Assembly (NCBI RefSeq): GCF_963921235.1
Contig: NC_086110.1
Location: forward strand, 434,001-498,000
Origin: Mobula hypostoma
Lineage: Eukaryota
Length of the DNA stretch: 64,000 bases
Reading direction: 5' to 3'
A model generated the notes under the pieces. That model was not told the DNA's origin. It worked only from the letters and a program-made list of their open reading frames with translations, and did not search any database. Numbering within the stretch: the stretch's first letter is position 1; each line of letters opens with the position of its first letter. The position numbers and the translations under genes are program-made. Below are positions 63,601 to 64,000 of this stretch, piece by piece.

Positions 63601-64000
63601 ACACTCCGAGGGAAAGTTGGTTCTCGCAATTCTCTCTTGATAAAAATAGCCGGCACGAAATGGGGAGCTAATGCTCACACACTTAGATCAACTGTCCTAG
63701 CACTCCGCTATGCACCTGCAGAACACTGTGCACCTGTGTGGGGCAGATCAGCCCATGCGAAGATAATAGACCCGTTGCTTAACGAAGCCTGCCGAATAAT
63801 CACAGGCACCCTGCGCCCCACACCCACTAACATCATTTACAGACTTGCAGGCATTGCTTACTCAGAGATCCGAAGACACACTACAACAAAAATTGAAAAA
63901 AAATAAACAGAACTGGGATCCACGGCACCCACTACATTTTCATGTGCAGTTTCTAACCGCCTAAAATCGAGGAAAAGCTTTGCTACAGTGGAGGAACCAT

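Larger units (their letters stand above)
59960..64000 (+). mobile_element. Ingi/Vingi-like (I group) LINE, decayed, interrupted twice, running off the window
   Basis: APE motifs (HNIKG, CIQETH, VDFNSH, DLAFVT); RT (YRPISL, QAGFR, VDLTATYDTV, QGSVLAP, YAD); C-terminal KWGANAHTLRS...AEHCAPVW...RIITG. Confidence 0.8.

Overview
This is vertebrate nuclear DNA, probably from a cartilaginous fish (inferred from the CR1/Penelope/Gypsy repeat mix). About three quarters of it is nested, decayed retroelement sequence: stacked CR1 LINEs, Penelope-like elements (several as fold-back inserts with TSDs), a Gmr1-type LTR element with integrase before RT, a full chromovirus, a Chapaev DNA transposon remnant and an Ingi/Vingi-like LINE. 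The chromovirus integrase-chromodomain linker has expanded into a 5.7-kb array of a 31-bp minisatellite that is stop-free in all three + frames. The main host feature is a + strand immunoglobulin-superfamily gene at about 23.4-34.0 kb. It has a leader, a pre-joined VJ-type V exon resembling NKp30/SIRP V domains, and a canonical C1 exon, i.e. an antigen-receptor-like V-C1 architecture with no rearrangement signals. Two different candidate transmembrane exons follow (one with Lys, one with Arg), then a candidate tail exon with three tyrosine motifs. Exons were called by eye from splice signals and phases; the downstream exon chain and two suspected 1-nt indels need transcript or read evidence.
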